Origin: Octopus sinensis | Taxonomy: Eukaryota | Length of the DNA: 64,000 nt | Assembly (NCBI RefSeq): GCF_006345805.1 | Contig: NC_043014.1 | Location: 34,348,001-34,412,000, forward strand | Direction of reading: 5' to 3' | In this document: positions 11,401 through 23,399 of the stretch, piece after piece | Numbering within the stretch: position 1 is the first letter of the stretch | Layout of the letters: each line of letters begins with the position of its first letter | Made by a program: the position numbers and the translations under genes | The notes under the pieces: model-generated | What the model was told of the DNA's origin: nothing | Seen by the model: the letters and a program-made list of their open reading frames with translations, nothing else | Databases searched by the model: none

Positions 11401-11640
11401 CAGCTGCGTTAAATCCAAGACGTGCCCTACTCGAATCACCTATCGCTAGAACCTACTGCTAGAGCCCTGTCTCATGCACGGGTCCGCATGCGTCTGTCCA
11501 CGACGACTGCCCGAGGCAAAAAAAAAAGACCCACGCTGGTCCTACTTCCTTCCATGTTCTCATTCCTTCTTCCTCTTCCAGTAAGGCCCCTCAGCCATTG
11601 ATGTCACTGACCCCTTCCTTCCGTTCGCCTCATCCCTACA
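8420..11640 (-). mobile_element. Degenerate LTR retrotransposon (gag-PR-RT-RH-IN order), 3' truncated
   Basis: Gag with CCHC-like knuckles, protease ALVDTG (about 10481-10498), RT VRPILDFREMN / TRLGFGLN / YMDD (9611-9622), RNase H WCDASS and HINVAELDAV, integrase HAMHH and LAVDVTH. Many frameshifts. Confidence 0.9.
11334..11640 (-). repeat. 5' LTR of the retrotransposon
   Basis: TG...CA ends with an extended terminal inverted repeat (TGTAGTATGAGGGAAC / GTTCGCCTCATCCCTACA), just upstream of gag on the minus strand. No second LTR found. Confidence 0.7.
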
Positions 11641-11768
11641 ATCATGAAAAACTATTTACAAATCTCATTTCATGCATCAATGGCTGTTATGCTTTCTTAT
11701 AAGAAAATTATGTACGGTTTACGTTATATTAAATGTACGTATGTTCTACACATTCATTATGCCATATA

Positions 11769-12010
11769 CTAAGGGGTACTGAAAAGTTCCTGACTTTAAG
11801 GCTGTCGCGAAAGGAATAGCTGGAAGCTCAACCATCCGAATTCTATTATAGGGCTTAGAAAAACTGAAAGGCGGCTGCAATAAGTGTGTGAATCTGAAAG
11901 GGGAATATGGTGAGGATCTTTTGAATGTTTTTATGTTAAATAAAATCATAATTAACTGATCCTCCACTAGTTTCTTTCAACAAAGCTAGGAACTTTCCAG
12001 CACCCTTTCG
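11769..12010 (+). mobile_element. Mariner-derived MITE
   Basis: TIRs CTAAGGGGTACTGAAAAGTTCC / GGAACTTTCCAGCACCCTTTCG with TA on both sides. Internal transposase C-terminus remnant GLEKLKGGCNKCVNLKGEY. Confidence 0.75.
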
Positions 12011-12314
12011 TACATAATTTACGTGAAATTATGGGATGTCAGTATCGTGACTTCCGGTTTCTGTAGGAACTTTTATTTGTTGAGAATAATTGACTTCCAC
12101 TTTTTACGTGGTAAACTGATTGTTAAACGTGTAATTTACGCTGACCGGTAATAAAGTCACAAGGGAAAAAAGTCACAGTAATAGTCATAATTTTCGCTAG
12201 GTAAAAAAAGTCATAATTAATGTATGGTGGCCGGTAATAAAGTCAAAGGGGAAAAAAAACATCACAATTAATTTACGGAATCCGGACAAAACTCCTGTGA
12301 CTTTATTATTTATT

Positions 12315-12483
12315 GGCGATCCTTCGGTATAAGTACACACGCGGCTTTGTTTGCATTTCTAAAGATAACGGAAACCCTTTTCTCCCACGCCTAACCCTAA
12401 CCCTAACCCCCCATATATATATTAAAAACAACACTTTCTTGAAATGTATCCGGTACTTCCGGTACTTATACCGAAGTTAAGCC
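12315..12483. mobile_element. Small GG-ended MITE with internal CCCTAA repeats
   Basis: GGCGATCCTTCGGTATAAGTAC / GTACTTATACCGAAGTTAAGCC with central cctaaccctaaccctaacc. The TSD is unclear in an AT-rich low-complexity flank. Confidence 0.65.
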
Positions 12484-12945
12484 TTTATTATTATTATTTT
12501 TTTTTTTTACCTGGATTCGTATTTTACGGTAGTGTCTCAGCTTAACCAGAACCGTAGTAGTTCTCAAGATTTCTAAATAATTTGATATCCGTTGATAACT
12601 TGGGTTATATTTTCAAGTTGTTTATTTTAATTACATTCGGTGTTATGAACACTTTTATTTTATGAATCGAAATAAGGATCGACCTCGTTTTCTGAACTTT
12701 GGAATTAAACATTTTATTATAGGGTGTTAACCGATAAACGAACTTGTTGATGATAAACAGTAATGCTTGAGGTGAATATTCTGGGAATTCTTTTTAAAGC
12801 TAAATTCTGGAGCGTTGTAAAATTCAATTCGTATTTTTTTATCTAAAGTATGTAAGAGGAAACAAGCAAGAGATTGTAGTGTTAGCTTATAGATTTCTGA
12901 ATCAAAACTTATAAGAAAAACACGCATGTACATAAGGACAGGGAG

Positions 12946-13027
<82 letters not shown>

Positions 13028-13089
13028 GCAGTATTGGTAGAGAAAGAAGAGTTAGAACATGTTCTTTTTGCTGAGGTAGAAAGCCAATA

Positions 13090-13467
13090 GGATCTTTTCA
13101 TAAACATAATTTCTAGGTAACTAAAAAAATTTAAACTTCGTATACTCTTGGCTTTATTGAGAAAATTCTATGGTTTGTAAGATATTTGTTGTTTTTTTCC
13201 CTCAATTTCCTCAATTTCAACCAATCAATGATGTCCATTGAGTTAAAATCATTCTGTGCCGTATGAATATGTCCCTCGTTTAAGAAACAGATTGGGTTGA
13301 TTTACAATTGTGAAGAAAAAAAGATACCCTTCCCCCACCCCTAACCCTAACAAACCCTAACCCTAAAACAGATTGAAATGCAATAGATCGATACTAGGGG
13401 CATAATTATGGGTGACAATTTCATATGACACCGCTAGAAAAAACTGCCGTTCAAACCGAAAAGATCC
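13090..13467 (+). mobile_element. GGATC-ended MITE with CCCTAA repeats (left TIR partly deleted)
   Basis: Homologous to 17323-17746 and 29054-29465, ending AAACCGAAAAGATCC. Flanks agccaata/aactaata match at 6 of 8. Confidence 0.85.
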
Positions 13468-13719
13468 AACTAATATTTTGTAAGAGAGGCAGTCACACTA
13501 TCAATGAAACAGACGCTCACAAACCTATCCCTCAGATAGTAACATCAGCTCCATAACCCTACCGGTACCTATAGAGCCTACAACAGAGGCAACGAGGTCG
13601 CCTGATTTATTGGTATCTGAAACAATTTGACAAACAGAAAATGATTATTGGCAAATCGACAAAAGTACTTAGAATTAAACAAAGAAATGTTCAGTGAACA
13701 ATAAACGAAATATAAATAA

Positions 13720-14160
13720 TAATAATCCTTTCTGCTATAGTCACAAGGCCTGCAATTTTGTGGAGAGGGCATTAGCCGATTACACTGGTTCTTATTTCAT
13801 CGACCCCGAAAGGATGAAAGGCAAAGTCGACATCGGTAGAATCCGAACTCAGAACGTAGCGACGGGCGAAATACCTATTTCTTTACTACCCACAAGGGGC
13901 TGAACACAGAGGGGACGAACAAGGACAGACAAAGGGATTAAGTCGATTACACCCGTAACTGGTACTTAATTTATCGACCTCGAAAGGATGAAAGACAAAG
14001 TCGACCTCGGCGGAGTAACTGGTACTTACTTAATCGATCCCGAAAGGATGAAAGGCAAAGTCGACCTCGGCGGAATTTGAACTCAGAACGTAGCGGCAGA
14101 CGAAATACCGGTAAGTATTTCATCCAGCATGCTAACGATTTTCCGATTGAGGCTCGCCGT
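13720..14160 (-). mobile_element. Two stacked SINE family B copies, one with an internal 60-bp tandem duplication
   Basis: Repeated gaaaggatgaaaggcaaagtcgac cores. The duplicated unit is 13955-14014 / 14015-14074. Confidence 0.8.
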
Positions 14161-14526
14161 CTCAATAATAATGATTTCTTTATTAACCACAAAGGTCTAC
14201 GTTAAGCAAAACATTATGGACAGTACAGAACAAAGCAAAAGATGTGTGAGTGTGTGTTGTGAGGGTTTTGCGTATAAACGAGACTAACAAAATTTTTTAA
14301 AATCAACAATGTGTGATCTTCAATCGGGAGGAAACGTTCGATGGAAAAAACCCCATAAAAAACCATGGGTACTCGGGCTTTTGGGGCAGGTGCTTTTCTC
14401 CATTCCTTTTTTTATCTTCAATTGCAGGCGTATGCTAATAATAATCTTTTCTACTGAAGGCATAGGGTCTTGAAATATTGGGGGAGGGGACCAGTCGATT
14501 ACATCGCTCCCATTGTTTCACATGTA

Positions 14527-15592
14527 TTGGGTTGTCTGGAAAGTTCGTGCCGATTTTTAAAGGAAAGAAAAAGGTCAATAAATACTTGCCATTACATTTT
14601 TAATCAACCAAATATGAAACATTTTGTTGCACAATGCGTCTCCATCTTTCCTTTAACTTGAAAATACCCTCTTCTCAGAATTGAGGTGGTTTCATGGCAC
14701 AGAATTCATCAAGCTATCTTTTTACGTCATCCAAGGAATTGAACTTTTTACCATTAAGACTATTCTGCAGAGACCTGAATAAGTGGAAATCCGAAGAAGC
14801 AATATCTGGTGAATATGGAGGGTGGGGTAACACATCCCTGCCGAGCTGCAGCAATATTTGTCTGGTTCCCAAAGAAACGTGCGGTTTTGCATTGTCATGT
14901 TGGAAAACAACACCCTTCCTGTTGGCCAATTCTGGACGTTTCTCTTGAATTGCTGCTTTTAACTCATCCAGTTGTGTGCAGTATTTATCAGAATTAATTG
15001 TCTGGTTACTTGGGAGAAGCTCATAGTACAGAATTCCTTTCCAATCCCACCAGACACAAAGCAAGACTTTTTTTAGGGTGAAGATCCGCTTTTGGGGTGG
15101 CTAAGGGTGGCTCATGTCGCTTACTCCAGGATCACTTTCTCTGAACATTTCGGTAGATAATCCATTTCTCATCACCTGTCACAATTTGCTTTAAAAAAGG
15201 CGCGTTTTCATTCCGTTTATAAAGCAAATCACAGATGGAAATGCGACCAAAAGGTTCTTCTCACTTAACTCATGTAGTACCCAAACATCGTAGCGATTTG
15301 TGTACCCAAGCTTTACCAGGTGCTCATGAACAACGGATTTTGATAGGTTGAGGCTTTCTGCCAATATCGGGTTGTGCAATGTGGGTTATTCCCAATGACT
15401 TGATTTGGTCATCATCTGTAGTGGATGGTTAGCCAGATCGCTCTTTATCAATAAGACTACAATCTCCAGCTCGGAACTTTGCTAACCACTTCCGTACAGT
15501 TCTTTCGGATAAAGAAACATCATCGTAAACTGCGCATATTTCTTTGGTTGCTTGTGAGGCATTTTTTCCCTTTACGGAAAAAGAAAAGCATC

Positions 15593-15593
<1 letters not shown>
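14527..15593 (-). mobile_element. Mariner transposon, degenerate, 5' end missing
   Basis: WVLHEL (WVPHEL motif), VTGDEKW, HDNAKPH and YSPDIASSDFHLF. TIR TTGGGTTGTCTGGAAAGTTCGTGCCGA next to TA. Confidence 0.92.
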
Positions 15594-15640
<47 letters not shown>

Positions 15641-15714
15641 CCGCAAAGATTTACATCAAGAAAAACATTAATAATAATAATAAACATACTTTTATTAGCT
15701 TTAAGTATTTTTGT

Positions 15715-16182
15715 TGAACAAGAACTTCCGGCGGTGTATTTTTCGTTTGCCGCTGTTATTTATGATAACCCTAACCCTAACCCTAAAACCCTAGCCATAA
15801 CCCTAAAACCCTAACCCTAACCATGAAATCCTAACCCTAAAACCCTAAAACCCTAACCCTAACCCTAAGCCTAAAACCTTAAATCTAAAATCAATACAAA
15901 CGCACGAACGATGTCATAAAGAACAGTGACAAACGAAAAATACACCGCCGATAGTTGTTGTTGACAAACAACGGCAGTAATTTTATTCAGCTGTATACAC
16001 GTCATTGATTGGTTGAAATTACCGAAATAGGACTACTTTAACATGAAATTACTTCGTAATTTTTCTCAAAAATGCTATGAGTAAAAGATGTGTTACATAA
16101 CACATTCTACCAGTGTCCGAAGTTTGAAAGTGTTTAGTTACAAAAAATTATTATTTAAATCTGTTGGTCAAAAGGTAAAGAT
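15715..16182 (+). mobile_element. Truncated relative of the GGATC foldback family with an expanded telomere-like array
   Basis: Degenerate (CCCTAA/CCCTAAAA)n at about 15765-15890 between inverted arms cggcggtgtatttttcgtttg / caaacgaaaaatacaccgccg. The right part matches the family arm acattctaccagt..cgaagttt. Confidence 0.7.
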
Positions 16183-16427
16183 AAAAAAAAAAAAAAATCA
16201 AGTACCCGTGATTCAAAAATATAAAAATATAGGGAGAAATTCTATCTTTCATGTCTACGGCACAAGAGGAAAGTAAGAAAAAAAGAAAAAAAAGGACGGA
16301 CAGCGGTAGCTGACAGGACTGTTTGAAGTGTTGACATATTCAAAATTTGATTTTTTTTATCTTTAAAGGGGAAATGACTATCTGAAATCAAATGGCAGGT
16401 AAAAAAAAAAAATTGAGTTTTAGTATA

Positions 16428-16960
16428 TGTTTCTTTATTAGCCACACAGAGCTGCACAAAGACGGGACAAATTACAAGGTAGAGCTTTTCTTTAGGGGAT
16501 AAAAAAGGGGGTTTGGTTTTCGATCAAAAGGGATCGCAAAAAGAAAGGAGGAAAGCAAAAAAAAAAAAAAAGGGGGAGGGGAATAAAATAAAAGGAAAAA
16601 GAAAAAATCGATCAATAGGGATCGCTATCACAGAAATGTCAATATCAAATGTAAAGGGGAGGACAGGTGAGGTTTATCCGTGGAAAGAAAAGCCTACGGA
16701 AAAGACTACGGTAACCTCGGTCAATGAAGTCCCATGTTATATTTTTTTTTACAAATAAGCAACTCTGTATTAATTTTTACAGTTCATAGAATCATAGTCA
16801 AGGTGGCTTCGTCATTCATACGTGCCATCCTTGCTACATTCACCCATCTTTTTTTAAAACATTCGCTAGACAAAACTTGCCTCTCTACTCTCACTTTCCT
16901 TTTTAAGTGATACTTGAAGAAGGTGATGAGAGATTGACCAGAGAGGAAAGTGTTTGTCTC
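16428..16960 (-). mobile_element. Tx1/L1-like LINE 3' end (ORF2 C-terminus and 3' UTR)
   Basis: Open frame ETNTFLSGQSLITFFKYHLKRKVRVERQVLSSECFKKRWVNVARMARMNDEATLTMIL* (16960-16784), followed by a T-rich UTR ending in AATAAAGAAA. Confidence 0.6.
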
Positions 16961-17039
16961 TAATAATATAGGTAGATAAATGTATGTTCATTTTCATTTT
17001 CACTTTTCGCTTTTACGTCGTAAAAAGTTCATACAGAAG

Positions 17040-18100
17040 CAATAGAACCCCGATGATTGACAACATGATAACCAAAACTATCAAGTATAGCTCCTCATTT
17101 GACAGCTAGCTATCTGGACAAACTAGTAGAGCCAACGACAATTCTTTGATTGATAATTGATAGGAAAGTTGTATATCGACGCTGTGGCACATCTTCAAGA
17201 ACGTACTTTTTAGAGTTCCTTAGTACTATACCCAGACCGGTGCAAAGTTAGTAATGGCTCGAAGCCATTTTAGTAATAAATGCTAAATATACATGATTTA
17301 TGTGGTTACGAGTATATACTTTGGATCTTTTCGGTTTGAACGGCAGTTTTTAACATAATTTCTAGGTAACTAAAAAATTTTAAACTTCGTATACTGGTAG
17401 AATGTGTTTATAAAACATCTTTTTCTCTTGGCTTTATTAAGAAAATTCTATAGTTTGTAAGATATTTGTTGTTTTTTTTCCTTCAATTTCGGCAATTTCA
17501 ACCAATCAGTGAAGTCTATTGAGTTAAAAAGCATTCTGTGCCGTATGAATATGTCCCTCGTTTAAGAAACAGATTGGGTTTATTTACATTTGTGAAGAAA
17601 AAAAAGATACCCTTCCCCCACCCCTAACTCTAACCCTAACCCTAAAACAGATTGAAATGCAATAGATCGATTCGAGGGTCATAATTATGAATGACAATTT
17701 CATACGATATCGCTAGAAAAAACTGCCGTTCAAACCGAAAAGATCCCAGTGGCCTTACGTTCATTCGAACGTCCCAACTGGTGACCTAGTGCCAGCTTAT
17801 GTGACCAACCGTTCGGAAATCACCTCTTCGCTGCAGAATATTCATTTTATCGCCGTTTTGTCTACGATAAAATGTCTGATAGGGGCTCTGTAGCGTGGGT
17901 GATATCCTCACTGTTTGAGAGATATATTGGAAATGATCTCGTGTTAGATAACAACAAATCCTACAGATTTCTGTAAAAGGTAATTCTGTATCAGTCCTAC
18001 TTGTGCTTTTAATCAATTACAAAAAGGTTCCCTCAAAATCATGAGATCATGCTTACTGTTCCTCTTTGACTTTCGCCTCTCAGCACCGACTTGACTATAC
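17040..18100 (-). pseudogene. Decayed Merlin (IS1595/IS1016-like) DDE transposase
   Basis: Minus-strand translation: VWV..RNSKKYVLEDVPQRRYTTFLSIINQRIVVGSTSLS...FGYHVVNH (about 17050-17240) and DKTAIK*IFCSEEVISERL (about 17805-17865). These resemble the Merlin motifs WVFG..ER..F...VPDR...TL..II...I..GS.I.SD...GY.H..VNH and T..DW..FCRE. Confidence 0.6.
17323..17746 (+). mobile_element. GGATC-ended MITE with CCCTAA repeats, inside the Merlin transposase relic
   Basis: Perfect TIR GGATCTTTTCGGTTTGAACGGCAGTTTTT / AAAAACTGCCGTTCAAACCGAAAAGATCC. No matching TSD. Confidence 0.9.
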
Positions 18101-18649
18101 CCGCAGATAGCCAATGTCCCCATGCATTCAGCCATCTACTAGCAGATCTGTGATAAAATATTTCGCTTTATCGATTTCAGCAATAATCGGCTCAAAGTTA
18201 TTTTGGATTACAGCCCGCCTACTAGAACGTACTGAACTCCACACCATCTGCTATAGGCGTTTCTCATGAAATTATACCTCTAAGTCACATGGCTTCTAGA
18301 TCAATTGAACAAGATTCAAATGTCTTTCTTTTTTTATTTAAAAAAACAACAAAAAACTTAAAACATCATCGTGTAATGACCTAAAAACGGGGTAAAGTGA
18401 AAGATTGGTTTGAATTTGCCTGAAGAAATATGGAATGAAGGCTTTTACTGTTGTTTGACATTTGTCGATATTAGAAGAGGAATCTCCATTATAAAAATTA
18501 GAACAATTTCTATTGTGTTAAACAGATGCAAATACGAGTATTTTTGTTATTTATTCAGTCTCGAATATACGAAAATTATTTTGTAATTCTCCACTTGTAT
18601 ACGATTTTTGTAATAGTTAAACCAATTCTTTTGTCCGAACACCAATATA

Positions 18650-18743
<94 letters not shown>

Positions 18744-18745
<2 letters not shown>

Positions 18746-19100
18746 CATGAATGACGATGGGTGCACCTAAGAGGTTCCCTCCAGAGTACAAATCTGGACG
18801 GGCGGAAAGTCGCTTCACCGGCGAATGCACAACCTAGAGTAGTTTTTATGGCATACCAGCAGTCGCCTATGCATACCAGCTTTCCTTCTCCACGCCACCG
18901 ATGTTATCCAAGAGAACGGCAAAGGCCGATACAACTTGGCACCAGTGATGTCGCAACTCATCTCTACAGGCGAGTTAACTGGAGCAACGTGAAAAAAAAG
19001 TGTCTTACTCAAGAACACAACACGCAGCCCGGTCCGGGAATCGAATTCACAACCTCACGATCATGAACTCGACGCTCTAACCACTAAGCTATGCGCCTTC
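18744..19100 (-). mobile_element. tRNA-headed SINE family C (CORE-like central domain)
   Basis: Reverse complement of 56628-56948, with head GAAGGCGCATAGCTTAGTGGTTAGAGCG and B box GAATTCGATTCC. Confidence 0.85.
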
Positions 19101-19119
19101 ACACACACACTCTCTCTCT

Positions 19120-19150
<31 letters not shown>

Positions 19151-19408
19151 CGTTTAATGTACACAGTATTAAGAAACGAACAAGAAATTATTAGTAACTC
19201 GTATCCTTATGTGTACGTTAAATGATATCTCAATGGATAGAACAATTATTTGTTGATCGTACCTTAACGGAACGGTAAACTATTTATATATATATATATA
19301 TACACTTCAACCTACATACATATACATATATATATATATATATGGTTGGAATTTACAAAAAACAAAAGATGAAGACAGGTGTGTAAACAACAAACAGGTG
19401 TATATATA

Positions 19409-19453
<45 letters not shown>

Positions 19454-19549
19454 ATATGTAGAAAAATACAAACTGGGACAAGAACGTAAAACATTTAGAA
19501 GACGATACAAAAAACACGGACGGGACATTCGAAGCCTTCAATCTTCAGA

Positions 19550-22210
19550 CGCATAGAAGAGATCTTGACAAATCTGGTCCAACACATCAATATACTTTTC
19601 CTAGGCGACTTTAACCTCCCAAATGTTAAATGGTCAGAAGGCCACATCCTCTCTGGGATGTCACTGCATGAACAAAGCCAAGCAAAATCTCTGTTAGAAC
19701 TCTCCAACATGCTGTTCATGGAACAAGTGATACTCCAACCAACCAGAGGGGAGCAATATTTTAGATCTCTGCTTCACAAACAACGCGAGCCTAATCTATA
19801 ATGTGAAAGTGACACTTACATCTCTTTCAGATCATAACATTATATAATTAACAATGTATGGTCCTAGACAACCCGCTGACACCCATCCCCATCAGGAGGA
19901 CTCAAGCCATTTCCAACCTGAATTTCCACAGGGCGGACAGGAAGTTAATTCGCAAAGAGATTTGAAATCAAAACTGGCATGACAGCCTTTCTATACAAGA
20001 CAATGACCTCAAACTAAGTCATTTTATGTCAACCGTACAAGATATATGCACCAAATATGTGTCAGAAAGAAAGGCCAGCAAACATGCGAATAGAATTCCC
20101 AGAGACAGGAAAATCCTTATGAGACTCAGAACAGAGGTCTCAAACCAGTTGAATAGAGAAATGGAAGATAGGAAAAGGGCTAAATTAATCTAACACTGTT
20201 AGAAATAGAAAACAAAATTAAACTCTCCATGAAAAGGAGAGAGAGTGGAGAAGGAGAAGACAGCCGTAAAAAGCATAAAAACGAGCCCCAAGGCTTTCTA
20301 TAGATTTGCAAAGGAGACTGCCACGGCACAGTACAAAATTCCTGCCTAATGGCTCACTGACTGCAGACCCCAAATGGATAAGTGAAGTGCTCAGTGCGCA
20401 ATTCAAGAGTGTTTTCACTTCTCCTCTGAGTCACATGCAGATAAATAACAGAGCTGATTTATTTGACAATATCAGTCAGCAGAAAAAGACTGCATCCATT
20501 ACCTACATTGACATTGAAGACGAAGATGTAATAGCAGCCATAAACGAAATGAGCTCAAATTCGGCAACAGGCCCCGATGGTTTCCCAGCTGTCCCCCTAA
20601 AGTCATGTAAACAAGAATTAGCGGGACCACTCCGGATACTCTTCCAGAGTTTCCTTGCAAGTGGTAACCATCCGAAAAAGCTGAAGGAAGGCATCATATG
20701 TCCTATCCACAAAGGTGAAAGCAGAGCAGAGGTTGGGAACTACAGGGCCATCTCTCTGACTTCACATATTAGCAAAGTCATGGAGCGAATTGTCAGAAGG
20801 AGGTTGATTGCGTTCTTAGAAGAAAATGACTTGCTGAATGAGACCCAGCATGGCTTCCGTCCAGGTAGAAGTTGCCTCACACAGATCTTGCGGCATTATG
20901 ACTGGGTCCTGGGGCAGCTACTTGACCATTCAAATGTTGATGTGATATATCTCGACTTTGCAAAAGCCTTTGACAAAGTTGATCATGGCATGATATGTCA
21001 CAAGCTGCGAAACCTTGACATAGCTGGTAAATTAGGAGAGTGGTTGCATGACTTCCTGAATGGTAGAAGTCAGACAGTTGCATCCAATGGAGAATTATCT
21101 AGGGAAACGCAAATATTGAGCGGTGTTCCACAAGGAACTGTCCTGGGGCCTCTACTGTTCATAGTAGCCCTTCTGGACATGCCCACGGTTACTCAGACAG
21201 CCATTGTCACTAGCTACGCTGATGACACAAAGCTATCTCAGGCAATAAAGAATCCTGATGATGTCATATGCCTGCAGAATGACCTAAATGCAATATACAA
21301 GAGGGTAAAGCAAAATAATATGCGGTTCAATGATAAAAAAAATTTCAAGTACTGCGTTACAAGGTCACAAGTGCCCCCCAACTGGCAATCCCAGAACCAC
21401 AAACAGTGAGAGACCTGGTCATCAGCATGTATAGTGATGCGTCATTTCACATGCACTTTGTCAAGTTGACAGCAAAGTGCAGACAACTGGCAGGGTGGAT
21501 ACTGAGGACATTCAGAACAAGGGATCAAAAAGTCATGTTGACTCTATAGAAGACATTTGTTTGAGCCGCCTAGACTATTGCTCTCAGTTGTGGTCACCAT
21601 ACAGTGTCAAGCTAACAACAGAACTCGAAGCAATTCAGCATCACTATACGAAAAAGATTGCCACAGTCCAGAAGATGAACTACAGGGAGCGACTGAAGGC
21701 ACTAAGTCTCTACTCCCTGGAGCGTAGGCGGGAGAGATATGTAATAATTTACAAATGGAAAATACTGGAAGGACTGATACCAAACTTTGGCATCAAGTAC
21801 TACACGAATGCCCGCACAGGTAGCCATTGCATAGTACCAAGGGTACCGTCCACTGCATCTCACATAAGAACAAGGTACTGCAACAGCCTCGGTTTCAGAG
21901 GACCTCAGCCCTTTAATGCCCTGCCAAAACAATTGAGAGACCTGCAAGACATGGATATAGAGGTCTTCAAAACAAAACTCGACACTTTCCTATCCACGAT
22001 ACCAGACGAACCGATGGCTCGAAATGAGACATAGTTGAGGGCAAAGATGCCAAATTCTCTTATACACCAGATGTTCCATCGAAAGTCTTGATTAGTGGCA
22101 GAGAAGAGCCATGCAAGGAACGTGCACAGAGCACAGCATAAGGAGGGAAAGTCATGGTGGTCCTCCAGCACGACCGCAGCCACTTGGTTGAAACACATAA
22201 ATAAATAAAT
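19550..22210 (+). mobile_element. CR1-group LINE, 5' truncated, with frameshifted APE-RT ORF2
   Basis: Endonuclease motifs LGDFNLP, QPTRG and SDH. RT motifs GPDG, QHGFRPGRSC, YLDFAKAFDKV, GVPQGTVLGPLLF and YADD (ORF 20306-21409). C-terminal LYSLERRRER and an (ATAA)n tail. Confidence 0.95.
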
Positions 22211-23399
22211 GATATATATATTCTACCCTTCAATATCTAAATTCCACCTTCTGAAAACTTTAACTTTTGCTGAGTAATACACAAATATTAGTGATCTTGA
22301 TATCAGAATTATCATGAATGCAAGAAAGTCAATTCTGGTCCACGACAATTCCTTCTGGGTGAAGAAAGAAGGCGGTCCATTGTTCCATGTCTCTAAATAA
22401 AATAGCACGCATTTCACTTTACACAGAAGTTTTCAGATTTGCAAAAGCTTTCACTTTGGACGAGGCGGAGGAGGGACTGAATAGCAAAGTATTGTTACAT
22501 TTACATTCCCTGTCAAAGACCCCTCATATATTTTTTACCCTAGAATTTCGACATCAACGGGAAATATTTATGTTCATAAATTTGCAGTGCTTGTAGGTGA
22601 CCTCGTTTTATTTGTCAATTAACCCACGCAAGGGCACAGAAAGTGGAAATGAAACTACTCGCTTCGCATCTACTTATTTTTGACTTCGATCTCATCACTC
22701 GACACCTTTAGCGATCTATTACATTTCCAGTCACTGGACTGCGGCCATGCTGGGATATCACCTTGAAGGGTTTTGGTCAAATGGATCGGCCCCAGTACTT
22801 ATTTTCGAAAGCTTGCTACTTATTCCACCTGTCTGTTTTTGCCGAGGCGCTAAGTTACGGGAACGTAAACAAACCAATACTAATTGTCAAGCGGTAGTAA
22901 GGGACAGACACACACGTCACGACGAGCTTCTTTCAGTGTCTGTCCACTAAATCCACACACAAAGCTTTGGTCGGCCCGGGGTCTCTACCACAGTAGGTTT
23001 CTTTATTATTGAGTGAGAGAGCATATTATTGTTGTTGTTATCATTAGAGTGACTAATGCCTTCTGAGTGAAATTTAGTAGACGGAAATTGTGTCGAAGTA
23101 CGTTGTATATGTTTATGTATCGAGTTGCTTCCCTTCGTCCTCCCTTCAGCCCCCAAAAACCCCCGGTAGCGTAGCCTTTCGATAAATATATACTAAAATG
23201 ATTGATTAAAACCCATGAAGGCGGCAGCCTAGTAAAAGAAAAAAAAAATGTTTTTCATTTTGTACACTAAACGTAAATATTGTCCAGATTAAAAAAAAAA
23301 GGGGATAATAGGGAAGAGCAAACTAACGTCCGAAACTTATTAAAAATAAGAAATATAACAACGAAAGAAGAAAACATTAGCTTCTTCATTTGTCAGTTG

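Noticed and set aside
15765-15890. True telomere or chromosome fusion site
   Set aside because: The array is short, degenerate and single-orientation, and is enclosed by the inverted arms of a transposon.
19460-19550. Hammerhead at CTGAAGA...CGAATGTC on the minus strand
   Set aside because: There is no GAAA and no viable stem II loop, and the segment is cut by the CR1 insertion.
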